DNA of 64,000 nucleotides, taken from Harriotta raleighana (taxonomy: Eukaryota). Position numbers and translations under genes: made by a program. Under the pieces are notes generated by a model. That model searched no databases. It had not been told where the DNA came from and saw only the letters and a list, made by a program, of their open reading frames with translations. Shown here piece by piece: positions 24,294 to 37,050 of the stretch; position 1 is the first letter of the stretch, and every line of letters starts with the position of its first letter. Where the stretch lies: assembly GCA_050575255.1 (NCBI GenBank), contig JBNZDD010013732.1, forward strand, positions 10,322,801 to 10,386,800, written 5' to 3'.

Positions 24294-24330
24294 GGTTCTG
24301 ACGAAGGGCCGTGGACCCGAAACGTTGACT
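24294..24330 (+). ncRNA. Minimal type I hammerhead ribozyme motif (Penelope-associated), copy 2
   Basis: GGTT-CTGACGA-AGGGCCGTGGACCC-GAAA-CG-TT-GACT has CUGANGA and GAAA cores, a GGG/CCC stem II and palindromic AACGTT stem III. Confidence 0.8.
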
Positions 24331-24515
24331 CACTTTCCTTTCTCCATGGATGCTGCCTGACTTGCTGAGCTTCCCCAGCAACTTCTGTGTTTTTTTTCAG
24401 ATTCTCAGCATCTGCAGTATTTTGTGTTTTGTTAATACTCTGAATGACCCAGGGTGCATAAACAAGTAGCCACTCACACTCATCTCTAAACTTGCCACTG
24501 ATGTCACTTGCATGA

Positions 24516-24685
24516 ACAACAACAAAATTACATTTACAGAGAGCCCTTCACTTCGGGAGGATGCCTAAGACGCTGAACAGTCAGGGATTGGAACCTGAGC
24601 AAGGGGGATGGGTGGGGTAGGGGTGAGGGGAGGCAGAGAGGTGGGAGGGCAGCTGAAGGCACGGTCGAAAAGGGAGGAACTCGGG
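24516..24685 (-). mobile_element. L2 3' fragment
   Basis: aacaacaacaaaattacatttacagagagcccttcacttcgggaggatgcctaagacgctgaacagtc...gctgaaggcacggtcgaaaagg. Confidence 0.88.
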
Positions 24686-25232
24686 ATAGGACACGAGCTG
24701 CAGAAGCTGGCCAGGGATCGGTGAATCCACTCATGATTATTTTTGCGGTTCCCACACTCCTGGCTGAAGTCACTGAGCATTTTGAAGTACAATGCAAGAG
24801 AAGGCAATTTGGAAATTGCTTCTTCTTTTATTTATGATCTATTAAACTTTAGATAATATGTGACTTCTATTCAATTGGCAAGGAGCAGTTTAACTTGTGC
24901 TGGGCAGACAAAATGTGGCAAAGCAATGTCAATTTGCTTAATCCAATTAAAGAGAATAGAATAAACACGGACTAGCTTTGGAAGGTAGAACCCATCTCCT
25001 GCTTACTAATAATAAGTGGATGGAAAAGAGCACACAACGCCTTTTTAAAAAATCATTCCAGTTCAAGGGGAGGAAATCTAATATTGTCAAGTATCATTCA
25101 CTGAATGATGGCAATCAAATGCTGGTGCATATTGTTTGCAACAAATCCTTGGTGACAGCCTTTCATTTGTTTTTGGAGTCTAATGTTTCGTTCAAAGTGA
25201 TTTACTTTTGCTTTAATATATGTGCATACTAT

Positions 25233-25538
25233 GGAACCTGTAGCTCAGTGGTTAGAACACTTGCCTTACAAGCAAGAGACCTGGGTTCAATTCCAGGTAG
25301 GTCAGGGTGAAACCCTGGGCAAGTTTCCTTACTCCACACGCCAAACAATAATCTTTCAAAAAATATATATATATTGGTCATTTTAATCCACGACTGTTTG
25401 TGGGACACTGCTGTGCGCAATTAGCTGCCATATTTCGGCCACAAATATAGTCAACTCATTTTGCAGTATATTTAGTGAAGCTCTTTGAGACGTCTAGAAG
25501 ATGTGAAAAGCGTTATATCAAATGCAAGGATTATTATT
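25233..25538 (+). mobile_element. Full-length tRNA-derived Deu SINE
   Basis: cctgtagctcagtggttagaacac (A box), gggttcaattcc (B box), Deu body and tail aaatgcaaggattattatt. Confidence 0.92.
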
Positions 25539-25595
25539 AATAAATACTGACATATAATATATGCATAAGTAACATAAATACATGTTACAAATATA

Positions 25596-25905
25596 TGCAT
25601 AGCAGTTTCCCACAAAAAGCCATGAAGTAAGTGAATAACCAATTGTATCTGGGGTTTCTAGGCCAGGTTGTTGGGAGAAACTCCCTTCTCCTTTGGAATG
25701 GAGGCATAGAATCTATAACATCGACCTGAACAGGTGGACAGAACTTTGATTTAATGTTTCATCCAATTATTGGCATCTCCAATAATTCATAATTTCCCCA
25801 ACATTGCACTGACATATCATACAGAGTATCAACTCAAAACCCTGACAGAGGACATAAACTCATGACTTAGAAGCAAGAAAGCTACCAACTGAGCCAGGCT
25901 GACAC
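25596..25905 (-). mobile_element. SacSINE1-like SINE
   Basis: gctaccaactgagccaggctgac is the reverse complement of the head. Also tttaatgtttcatccaa and cccacaaaaagc. Confidence 0.7.
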
Positions 25906-27134
25906 CAAATAATACTAATCATCTTTGCAGTTGATAGAGCTGCTTATCACATCTTCGAGATGTCTCGAAGTGCTTCAAATGTTCTGAATGGTTTGACTTT
26001 TCTGAGAGCGCACTTTCTGACTGTCTCTTTGCACACTCAAAGCTTTCTGTTTTGCTATCCTCAAAGTAGAATGAATGTCTGATGAATTATATCTTTATAT
26101 TTGGCTCAGTTGTACTCTTTTCAAAAAATAATTTGAACTCCATTTCACATACTCACTCAACTGGATTTAAAACATTTACCAAGAGCACCAGGTGGAGTTT
26201 CAACATCAGGGATATATTTTAAACAAAATAAGCGTTTTTATTGTTTGACTTCAAACTTCTTTTGTCAAAAAGTTACTGCTATAGATTCATTTAATCTCTT
26301 CAGCGTGTGTGCGTAGTGGAACAAATCCATTTTATTCAGGATTATTATAAAATTCCAGTGCACACAGAAACTCAGAATAGATAAAAGCCAAGGGTAACCA
26401 ATGTATTTTATGCTTTGAAGCGTGCAGGATATCCCATTAAGCATAGAGATAAGTAAATGATTCTGGTTTGATTGACCCTATGCAGTGCATTAATTTCTGT
26501 TTATCAGTTTAAGGCTATTGTCAATGATACGGAAGTTTCAAACCTCAGTGACCTACACCCTCATCTCTCCTTCTTGACAGTTTCATGTAAATGCAATATT
26601 AAGAGAATACTACTCAGTGTATATTATTTAGCTGTTATGGGTCAAAGATTGACAAAAAGATTTGGTTGGGAATTAATAGGATCTTGATCTTCCGAATGTC
26701 TCCTACCTCTCAACATAGGCTTGAAGCAGAATTATTTTTATAACACAGTGATGCTATGGGGCATTTATTATGATTTGTTTGTTAGCAGAACATACTGAGG
26801 TGCAGCTGTCTATGTTTTTAATGCTGTGTTTGAAAATGCCACTGATGTTTGTACTGCCTAACCAGTGTGGATAGGTTGCAGTAAAATGTTGCATTAATCA
26901 AATCTGGAATTTGAGTCTGAATTTTATTTTAACTGTGAAAAGACCAAATATAAAGTTCAACAATGATATAAAGGGTTATACTGGCAAATTCCCAAGGGAT
27001 GTCTTTACGGCACCATTCCTTGAGTATGCATCATCATCTTTACATGAATAGCTTATTCTTTTTACAAAATGACTCTGGCCAATACTCAATGAGTTGATTC
27101 AATAAACAACTGAGTCATGAAGAAAGGGGAGATA

Positions 27135-27300
27135 CTGGGCTTCCTCCGACTTGGTTAATCTCAGTTGAGTAACAGTTGGGACTACAATTAGTTCTCATGA
27201 CCCTTAGTTAACAAGGGAAATATGTATCAGCAATTTTTCCTCTCCTGCTTTCAAGATTGAAAGATGTGTATCTGTGTATATTGGAAGAAGACGGAAATAA
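27135..27300 (+). mobile_element. Family X SINE fragment
   Basis: taatctcagttg, ggactacaattagttctc and tcagcaatttttcctctcctg. Confidence 0.45.
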
Positions 27301-27337
27301 TATTTGCTGCAAGCCGAGATAGTTGGTATACATAAAA

Positions 27338-27755
27338 TAAATTCTTGCATTAGATATAATACCTTATTACATTATTAAAACCTCTTAAAATGCTTCACAG
27401 AATTTACTGTAAAGTGAAAATACTATATATTTGTGGGTGAACATGGCAGCCAATTTGCATACAACAATGTCCAACAAATAACCATAAAGCGAATGACCAA
27501 TTTAATTTGATTGATTGCCAGGGTTCCATCAGAAACTCATCTTTTGAATTGTGTGCGGGATTTTTAACATCCATCTGAACAGGCACATGACTATTGGTTT
27601 AAAGGCTCATCTGAAGGTCGGCATCTCCAACAATACAACATTCTTCCATCACAGTATTGGAATGGCAGTCTAGACTACAAATTCAAGTGCCATTAATTGC
27701 TTTGAACTCATAATTTCTGACAAAGAATAAACAGTACTACCAACTGCGCCAGGCC
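27338..27755 (-). mobile_element. SacSINE1-like SINE
   Basis: tactaccaactgcgccagg head, gggatttttaacatccatctgaacagg, ggcagccaatttgcatacaacaatgtcc and tail. Confidence 0.78.
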
Positions 27756-29340
27756 TTTACATCTTTGTTGCCTGCCTAAAATCAATGAATACGAACAGAA
27801 ATATATAATTTGACCCACCACAGGTTAACTGGTATTTTTCTCTGCATGAGTCTACTCATCTAATCCATAGTGCATGTTACCTTACAGTGATACCCATCGA
27901 TATCTTCATAGACACGATTCAAAATGTATTTGGTCCAGGACAAAATATGCTTTAGAACATCACTGATGGCTCAAGCTAAGTAGCCATCCTCGAATAAAAC
28001 ACTTGCTCCAAATATCTGGAGGTAAATGCTGAAATAGTGCAGATAAAATCTTACCCTTGATTGCTTTCTGCCATAAATCGTAGCAACATTAGCAAAGAAT
28101 GTCCGCAATACACAGAATAAAAATATCATCAAAATGCTCATTCATTTGTTCATTGGTTCAATAATTTGTTCATTCATTCTCTACACTTTCTACATGATAC
28201 ACTACCTAATGCTGTCAACCATTTTGTAGCAGTTCGAATAGTTATATTACAATTTTTTCAGTATATTTTGTTGGAATACAGAACCATATTCCTTCTTAAA
28301 TGAATAAAAAACACAGGTACTGCCTGTTCCATTCAAACTCCTGGGCAGGGAAGCCTTGTTGTCATGTAACTGTGAGCCAGTGCACAGGGTTATGTAGCTC
28401 CTTGAAAAACATTAGCATCTCAAACTAGAATGTTCAGAAATTCAGGATAGCTGTGTGATGTTGCCTTTTCTTATTAATAGTAAAAGGTTAGTGACCTATA
28501 TAGTATTTGTAGAGCACATTTAGTGAACAGCGAGAAAGTACAGTGTTAAGGCTAAAAGCACATTGCATTGAGGGCCTTTGGCAACATGCTTAAATTCACC
28601 AGTAAACTGCACAGAAGGTCAGTGATCTTCTTCCATCACACATTGTTTGCATGCATGCCTTTGGTGCACTAAAGGGCCAATAAACCACATTTTAGACAAG
28701 GTTTAAAGCAAAGTACATGCACATAAAACATTGGCAGGTCAATACATTCTTATTTATACATTCTTTCAGCTAGGGAAACAATAATCTAGTCATTTAAATG
28801 TGTGAATGACATATTCTGGATACGACTGCAAGAAAGAACATTCTTAAACATTTAGGATTATGAAAGTTTATTTTATTCAGTTTTCTTCCACATTTCATAA
28901 TCCACATTAAAATAAAAGGCAAAATAATACCAGCGTAATTAAGGAAATGAGATGACAACATTCAAACTTGCTATCACAGCAAGGTGAACAATTCCAGTGT
29001 CCAATGTAATTCCTAACATAAACATCCCAATGACGCAAAGCATTCGCTGAGTGCATATAATCATCAAGGACTGAAAATGTATTCCTCACAAGTGTAGGAG
29101 GTTGGAAATAGCATCCAGACCATGCATGAGATCTATTGTATATTTCTTCAAACCTGCCATCGTAATATCTCTATTGATACAACCTTTTGAGGCAACTAGC
29201 ATTCAGGAGGCAAATTATAACATGAAATGACCAGTTTATGAATTTTGGAAAACCCTTCTTGTATCAGATATAACTGTTGTGTCAGGTTGCAAGCAATTCC
29301 ATAATAAAGTCAAATAACTGAGGGCAATGTAAAAGAGACA

Positions 29341-29535
29341 TAATAATAAACTTTGCACATGATATAGTGCCTGATTACGTCTTCTGGATGTTTCAAAGTG
29401 CTTCACAGAATATACCATGAAGTATATTGTGAAGTGAACTACTGTACATTTTGTGGAGAAAACGTAGCAGCCGGTTGCACACAGAAATGTCCACAAACCA
29501 TCGTGGATTGAAGTGACCATTTATTGTTATTATTT
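29341..29535 (-). mobile_element. Deu SINE 3' half
   Basis: taataataaactttgcac...tttcaaagtgcttcacagaatatac...tcgtggattgaagtgacca. Confidence 0.8.
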
Positions 29536-29722
29536 TGAAGGAATTATCGCCATGCAATGTGACAATGCTTCCAAACTGGTGCACATTTTGTGTTTCTGGA
29601 GCCGCAATGTAAAAGTGAGATATAATCATGCCTTGAAAAGCAAGATATAGTTCTCTGGAAGGGCGAAAAAGAAGTGCAATACAACACATTCAAATATTAT
29701 GATGGTAACAAACACACTTTGA

Positions 29723-29990
29723 CAACAGCAACAACAACATTAAAATTACATTTGTATAGCGTCTTTCATGTCAGGAGGATGCCCCAACATGCTGGACAAT
29801 CAGGTGTTTTAGACCCGAGCTAGGGTTCGGGATCAGGGAGGGTAGGTGGACAAGGAGGGTGACCAAAGGTATTGTCTTGAGACAGGCCTTGAAGGAGGCA
29901 AGGGAAGGGGCTAGGCTGAAGGACTGCTGGATGGAGTTCCATTGGATGGTGGCAGGTCCATCGGATGGTGGCAAAAGCCCGTCCGCCAAG
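29723..29990 (-). mobile_element. L2 3' fragment
   Basis: L2 tail plus the C-terminal peptide WNSIQQSFSLAPSLASFKACLKT. Confidence 0.88.
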
Positions 29991-32900
29991 GATCTGAACC
30001 ATTCAAGGATAGAACCATAAAGGTTGAGGTGAGAAGAGAGATGGTGAAAGAGGATAATTCACTTTAGTAATTTATCAAACATAAAAGCAGAAGTGTGGTA
30101 ATTATAAAATGTCCACATTTACAACATTCTTACAATCTCACAGCGAACATGACACTAGGGAGAGTAATGGGATAGATCGTTCTTGTGTTTACCCTGGCAG
30201 TTTCATGTATTTGTACCAGTGTCTATAAAACCCTGGCACTGGCTATTTGCTCACAAAGCAAAAATTCCTGGCTACAATTAGAACTTTGGAGACAAAAATA
30301 AATGTATCTTAAATATCAGCTGCTTTGCTGTTACAAAAGTCCTGTTTTTCTCATTGATTTTTGCCATATTGATTACTTTTCTGAGTTGCATATAATTGGC
30401 TTGTTTCATCTTTCCATTTGCTGCAATTTATTAGTCCTGTTGATTCCTTAATACCCTTAAATATCCGCAGAGCCTTACAAACAAAAAAAAGCTGTGTGCA
30501 AAAGCAATATTGGATTACAGATAACATTTTAAAAATCTTTTATAAAAATAGGTTTCCCGATTATATTTTTAATGCTCAATTTGCCTGTTGTCCATCGTGT
30601 TTGTATTATCTGTAAAATCACCAGAAATCACTCTGCTGTGTCCATTCTGCACTTTGTATTTATATTCAGTCATATATTACTGCTGATAATGCAATGTCTG
30701 AGAATAGATTGGAATTTTTCAGTGTCCTTTATCAAGATAAATTGACCTGTCAATGGCAAATGGCTTGCAAGTATTAACATGATGCTTTTATGTGCGTGTT
30801 TTTTTCCTACCATTCAAAGTTTAGCATTTTATTTAACCATAAAATCAGAAATCTGCAGAATGATTATTCCTTTGCCCATTGGCAAGCTTTTAAAAAGAGA
30901 TTTCATTTCCAGAAATTAGTCACTAGGCAACAATAGTATCATGGGTCATAAACTTTTCATCAATACAAATCAGGAAGCTCTCCGTTGAATGGGAAAAATA
31001 CCTTGCTATCATCTCTAAGTCATCCAATAGTATTATCTGATAACCTGGGGAGCAGCTGTTTGAAGCAGAACTTTATCTTGGCCTCCTTCCATCCCCAGTA
31101 GCACAGTGTCCCACAGTAGCAATTTGCTCATTGGTCTATTACTTTCAATAGCTATTCCAGTAATTGGCTATTTCACACTTGTAAGGGTTGAACTGGCAGA
31201 GTCCAAAGGCCATGAAACCATCCTGTCAGGGCCTGACAATCTGGTCATTCATCAATTATTATCAGCTTCAGTGAGACCAAGTGAATCTTGAGCATGCCTT
31301 GTTTGTCAAGCTTTGTTACATTTCCTGTGTAGTCTATTAAAATGCAAGCAAAAAATGGTTTGCTTAACACCTCAAAAGGCCGTCTGTAAAGTTTGTAGCT
31401 TGGCACGGGGAGAATATGCTATCCATGATTCTCTTGGGTGTTTAGCTGCTGTGAATATTGTGTGGGTACCAGCTGTCTGTCACACACTTCAGTTTGTACT
31501 GCCAGCAAAACCCAGTCCTGTCTTTACAACTGTGACTGCATTATGGACTAAACATATTCCTCTATTTTGAGCATGAACATATAAAGTTTCCATCTGTATC
31601 AAGATGTTACCAGAAACCTCTTTACTGATAAGGCTATATTGAAATGTATTATTTATCTTTTAACACTATTAAAGAGGGAGAGGAAATACTGAATGCTGCA
31701 TTACAAACCAATGAATTTGATATTAAAAGTGAGAGTGTGTGCCCTTTGATTTTATTGTTGAAATTATTAAATCATTTTTAAAAGTTGTTTTTAAATCTTT
31801 TTTTCTGGAATGGTTTGGAAGACCTCTTGTCTGTTTAGTCGAATCTATTGAAGAGTGATCTTGTGTGTACTATAACACTGATGATTTAGCAAGATTGAGA
31901 TGGCCCCCAGCCCTTTTGTTATTGACATAAGATTAAGAAAAAAATAACCAAACTCCTTTAAGAAAAAAATGTGCACTTAAAAACATTTTGACTCCAAGCT
32001 GAATTACAGCTGGGAGGTTTGATCGTCTATGCAGATGTTCTGGATGTTGAAATCTGTACTTCTGCCAAATATTATTTTCCTCATTCTCCTATCATCACCA
32101 TGCAGCCAACTTTCACTGCTTTTTCCTGGCAGCTCATTTGGGGCTGTTGACAAGCTAAGCGACATGGCAATTTATCATCTGGTAACTGGCCTTAGGGCAT
32201 AGACAGACTCAGCACCATACCCACTGTTTAGCCTTAAAAACAGCAACCATTCCACGTTCAAGTATCAGAAAATAAAGAACTACAGTATATTGTCGATCAA
32301 GCCTCAATCCCCAAAGAAAACACATTGAGGAAAATACTCCAAAGAGATACAATGCAGTTGACAATAATGACCCTTCATAAAACCCTCCCACTTGTAACAA
32401 ACGCAAGAGATATTCATTCACTAGTTGAATAAATTAAGTGACACTGGAGGCATATCTAATTGTAATACATCACTAAGTAATCTGTCAAGCTCCAAGTGTT
32501 GAAGCACTGCCTGTCTTCTTCATCCATTATTTATGTGCTGCCCTCATTGGCAATAGATTGTAATTAGTTTAGAGTAAAGAGATAAACCCAAGTCAGTGCA
32601 GCTATGACACACTGACTTATATTTACAAACTTATCATTCCAAATAGGCAATATCAACAAGCTCCCGCACCACCACANAATTTGACCTCATTCCAAATAGG
32701 CAATATCAACAAGCTCCCGCACCACCACAGGCAAGAAATTACACTTTTCATTCTTTTCCAGTTAACTCCAGACAGATATCACTTGCAGCAGTCGTAGTTC
32801 AATAGGCCCAGAGTAACAAGAATAAGATAATGGACCAATGTATTAAATCTAATCTGAAATTATCGGAGGAGTATGAAGGGCAATCAAAGATTTTGACTTC

Positions 32901-33194
32901 AGCCCTACATGTGTTAATGTTCCAGCAAGTCTTGGTTTAGCTGCTGGTATATAAAAAAAATCTTTTTCTGTCAGTGCATGTCACATCCACAGTTTTATCT
33001 TCTTCCTAATACTTTTTTAAATAGCTAGAGTAGGAGAAAATTACATTTGTGGAATGAAATTCACAGATTAGAGATTGCTAAAATGTATTTGACGTAAAAT
33101 CTAATTTGGGCTGCAAACAAACTGTTCAGCTCACATAAATGCAGCATCAGATGCAAATGAGTTGAGATAGCTTCAATTAAGCCATATTTTTCTT

Positions 33195-33290
33195 TTTCCT
33201 TGATAGTTCAGTTGGTAAAGGCATTGACCAAGGGCATACTGGGTGATACAGCAAGGTCCCAAGTACAATGTCTAGTGTTTGCTAGGTTTT
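33195..33290 (+). mobile_element. Family X SINE head
   Basis: tccttgatagttcagttggtaaaggcattgacc...catactgggtgatacagcaaggtcccaag. Confidence 0.4.
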
Positions 33291-35074
33291 GCACAAGAAA
33301 CAGTGAAACAAATGATTTAATTTGTTTTAAATGTACATTTTTCCTGAACAAATTGATTTTTTTTACACTGCAATTATATTGTATTTTTGCTCCAAACAGC
33401 AATCCAACAGAGTAAATGAGTGAATCGAACAACTCCAAGACACTGACAAACCCTTACAGAACTGAGAATTGATTTGTCACTGCTTCAAGGTAAATTGTGG
33501 TAGAGATGGCAACAAGCCTGGCTCCAGGCACCGGATATCTTTGACCCGAGGTACATGACAGCAACATGGTTAAAGTAAAATTAGCAGGAAAATAACACGG
33601 CAGATGAAGAAGAAAAGGAAGATTTTGAAAGCTTATAGGGAGAAAGGAATGGGTGACCATTAAGACTGAACCTGTACAGAGAGAGGTTAAAAAAGAAATT
33701 AAAGAGCCAAGAGAGAATTAGAAAGAGACTTAGCAGCAAATGGAAGAATAATCTGGATTTTTTTTTCAATATACAGTATTTTACATTTGTAAGAGGGTAG
33801 TCAGGGAAGGCTGTAACATTCTAAGGGATTGAAAGTGGACTGAAATAGAGAATGACCAGGGGACAGTAAACATATGAAATGACTACTTCCTGCAGGTTTT
33901 CTACCAAGGAGAAGCTAAAAACTTGATCCCAATATCCAGCAAACATTGTTTGAGCTCCCACAACAAATTGCATTTATATAGCACCAGATGACATCTCAGG
34001 GTGCTTATCAATTTAAGTGAGGCTAAGATTCTCAATAGGCTCAAAGGGATTAAACTAACAAATCCTCTGGGAAGGATGAACTATACCCCAGATACTTAGG
34101 CTGGAAATTTGTTCAACATTAACAGTACGTTATGAGGGTGTCAATTCGGACTGGAGAGGTTTCAACAGACTGGAAGCAAGCAGATGTTGCCCACATATTC
34201 AAGAAAGGTGACCAAACTAAACCAGCAATGTTAGACCCATTAGCCTGGCCTCAATAGTTGGGGAATAATGGAGTTAATCATCAGAAAGGAAGTGGCTAAT
34301 TACCTATATAAAAATTATCTGATAAATGACAGTTAACACAATTTCAGAAAGAATATGTCTTATCAAACCTCAGACTTTCTGATGAGGTGGAGGTCCAAAT
34401 TGATTGTGTAAACCAATAACACAGTAGTATATAGTATCCTACTGTACCAGTCTCAAACCTACTTTTTGACTGTGCTTTTGGTCACCTTTCCCATCCCCAC
34501 ACATCGACTCACACCTTAAGCACTTTGGAACATCCTCCCGACATGACAGACCGAATCGTTATATTTTATAACCAGACTTCAAAAATTTTTTGCGACAAAG
34601 TACCACATGAAAGCCTCAAAGATTACAAAGGTGTACAAAAATTTATAAAGAACGTACAACACAGAAACAGGCCACTCGGCCCAACCAGTGTTTACCAGTA
34701 TTTATAATCCACACAAGTCTTCACTCATTGCTTACTTCATCCAATACCTTTTCTCAAGGGACTTGGATTCAGAAATTGCTGAAGGAGAGGAAATAGTGTC
34801 TTTCTTATGGCAGGCAGGTCAAAATGTTATTTAGTGGAACACCTCAAGGGTCCGTTTCTTGTATATAATGACCTGGATTGGCAGACCCAGTATAAATTTG
34901 CAATTACAACATTTTGGGAAACTGTGGAATTAGAGGAGGCAGCAAAGGTCATAAAAGAAGAGCTTGATAGGGTATGCACATGGGCTGATAATCGACAAAT
35001 GAAGTTTAACACTGATGAATGCAAGATACATTGCGGCAGAAGCCGCAAAGAGCTACACCCCGAGGCTACACTGT

Positions 35075-35338
35075 TGTGATTGTCTGCGTGTCTCTACGTG
35101 AGTGTGTCTGTGTCTTTTCTATCCATGTATATGTTTACGAGTGTTTCTGTGTAAATGTATGTCTCACTGTCTATGTGTGTGTCTTTCTGTCTCTTAATAT
35201 AAGTCTCTCTCTGATAATATGTTTATCTGGGCCTGTGCCTGCATGTGTCTCTCTTTATCTGTGTGTCTTTCTATTTCTGTGAGTGTATGTGTCTTTCTCT
35301 GGATCTATGAGTATGTGTCTCTCTGGATTTCTGTGTGG
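35075..35338. repeat. Degenerate (TG/TC)n low-complexity tract
   Basis: Runs of tgtgtc, tctctc and gtgtat. Confidence 0.8.
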
Positions 35339-35566
35339 TGTTGAGCCTTACCCCCAAAAAAATGGACACCCAGTTTTCATTCAGGAAGCAATTAATAATT
35401 TTTTTTGCAACAATCCAATATGTATTATTTCCTAGTGTTTAGGTTTTATTTATTAAAGTGAAAAAATGTAGTTAAAATTTACCTCAATAGCACCAATCAA
35501 CCCACTGCAATTTCTCTGCAAAATTCAGCAAATACTGCCGCAATTTCCCACAAGACTTGCAAAATA

Positions 35567-36159
35567 CAGTAAAAGCCCAATTATCTGTGACTCAATGAAC
35601 TGGAACTTCCATTTAACCGGCACACACAAAAAAAGGCTTCATCCGGAAGTTATCCAGCAGAATAGCGCATTTAATGAATCGATTGTTGCACAAGAGTACT
35701 GTACAGATATTTCGGCTGGCAGCTTGTAGACACTGAAAGTCGTGCTACTGTTTTTTTTCCTCCCGTGGTGGCCGCCATTGCAAAAGTTAAGTATAAATAA
35801 TAAAGTACTAATACAATATTCTGTTATTATAGTATTTGTTATTAATGTATTTAGTCTATTATTGTATTTATATGGTAGTGTTCAATATTTACAATAAATT
35901 ATCCATACAATATTCTGTTATTACAGTATCTGTTATTACTGTATTTAGTGTATTATTTATATAGTAGTGTACAACATTTACAATAAAGTACCCATACAAT
36001 ATTCTGTTAGTATGTTATTATTTAGTCTATTATTAATATGGTATGTGTTAAAATAAGTCTTTTTTTGTGTTGGGTTTTCAGTGTCGGATTCGACCGTTTA
36101 ACCGGCATTAACTGGCATTAGCCAGGTTCCGCGGATGCCGGATAAACAGGCTTTTACTA
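35567..36159. mobile_element. Non-autonomous pogo/Tigger-type (Tc1-mariner) DNA transposon (MITE)
   Basis: TA|CAGTAAAAGCCCAATTATCTG ... CGGATAAACAGGCTTTTACTA|TA gives imperfect ~21-bp TIRs with TA target duplication. No transposase ORF. Confidence 0.8.
35799..36048. repeat. ~90 bp AT-rich tandem repeat (about 2.7 units) inside the MITE
   Basis: aataaa..a...atacaatattctgtta recurs at ~35799, ~35893 and ~35982. Confidence 0.85.
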
Positions 36160-36934
36160 TACTCTGCAATTTTGTGCAAATATGTCTGCACTTTTCTATG
36201 TGTAACAATTTGGCAACTTAGGGCTCTTCAATCTCAAGTGAAGACGATTCAGAGGGGACCTCACAAAGGTGTATAAAATTTTAAATGGGATCGAAAAAGT
36301 AAACCCAAATTAATACCACAAAATAGAACAAGAGGATGTCGATTTACAGTTGCAAAGGGTAACTTCAAGAAAGATATATTTAAAAAATTCTTTACTCACA
36401 GGGCGATCAATGACTGGAATAGATTGCCTGTAACAATGGTTGAGGCGATAACATGAGATTCATTTAAAAAGCACCTTAAGTCTGCGACAGGAGTTGGTAG
36501 GTGATGTTCTAGAGGCATGGGGTTGGATGGGCCAGAGTGCCTTCTTCATCCAAACCAATTGTGTGATCTTGTGAGCATAGACCTCCTCCAAAACACCTTG
36601 TTTTTGCAGGGCTTCTCACCCATGCAGATCATTTCTGTTTTGCATTCCATAAGCACTGAGAGTTCTGAAGTATTGCATAATAACCTCAGCAACTAGAAAC
36701 TACCAGCTAGCAATCCAACACCAAAGCTAAGATTGGAATTAATCACTCAAAAGAGCAAAGATTGATTCTCTTTTGTTATTTAATTACAATATTATTTATG
36801 ATGTGAAACGATTATTTTGGAGGATGTAAAATACTTCCTTCACTATGTTGAAAATCTGTATTCAGTCAAATTCTTTGATAATGTTTTTTTTTGGATACAT
36901 TGCCCAAGCCCTCAGCAGGAATAATAAGAATATA

Positions 36935-37050
36935 ATAAGAATTTGAATCCTTACATTTGATATAGCGCCTATCATGTCTTCGAGACGGCTCAAAGTATAT
37001 GCAGTAATGTAAAGTGAATAGACAGTATATTTTGTGGGAGAATTGTGGCA
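36935..37050 (-). mobile_element. Deu SINE tail
   Basis: aatccttacatttgatatagcgcctatcatgtcttcgagacggctcaaag...tattttgtggg. Confidence 0.7.

Larger units (their letters stand above)
23813..24433 (-). mobile_element. Penelope-like retroelement, 5'-truncated, with inverted pseudo-LTR
   Basis: 24264->24181 translates LR*QHLIYPLETLQPSGLNIDFSHFRP*, the GIY-YIG C-terminal LxPxGLN motif. About 130 bp inverted terminal repeats. 12-bp direct repeat AATACTCTGAAT at 23801-23812 and 24434-24445. Confidence 0.88.
33560..36575 (+). mobile_element. Decayed CR1 LINE (ORF2 RT to 3' UTR) with nested insertions
   Basis: DWKQADVAHIFKKGD (34168), DKVPHE (~34595), EELDRVCTWADNRQMKFNTDECK (~34955), LGLFNLK*RRFRGDLTKVYKIL (~36217), FFTHRAINDWNRLP and terminal hairpin. 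Interrupted by L2 stubs (~33960, 34445-34545), an inverted CR1 tail (34645-34760), low-complexity DNA and a MITE. Confidence 0.88.

Noticed and set aside
25233-25305. tRNA gene (also 12290-12364, 41100-41168, 62024-62095)
   Set aside because: The A and B boxes run directly into SINE body and tail, and the acceptor stem is incomplete. These are SINE heads.
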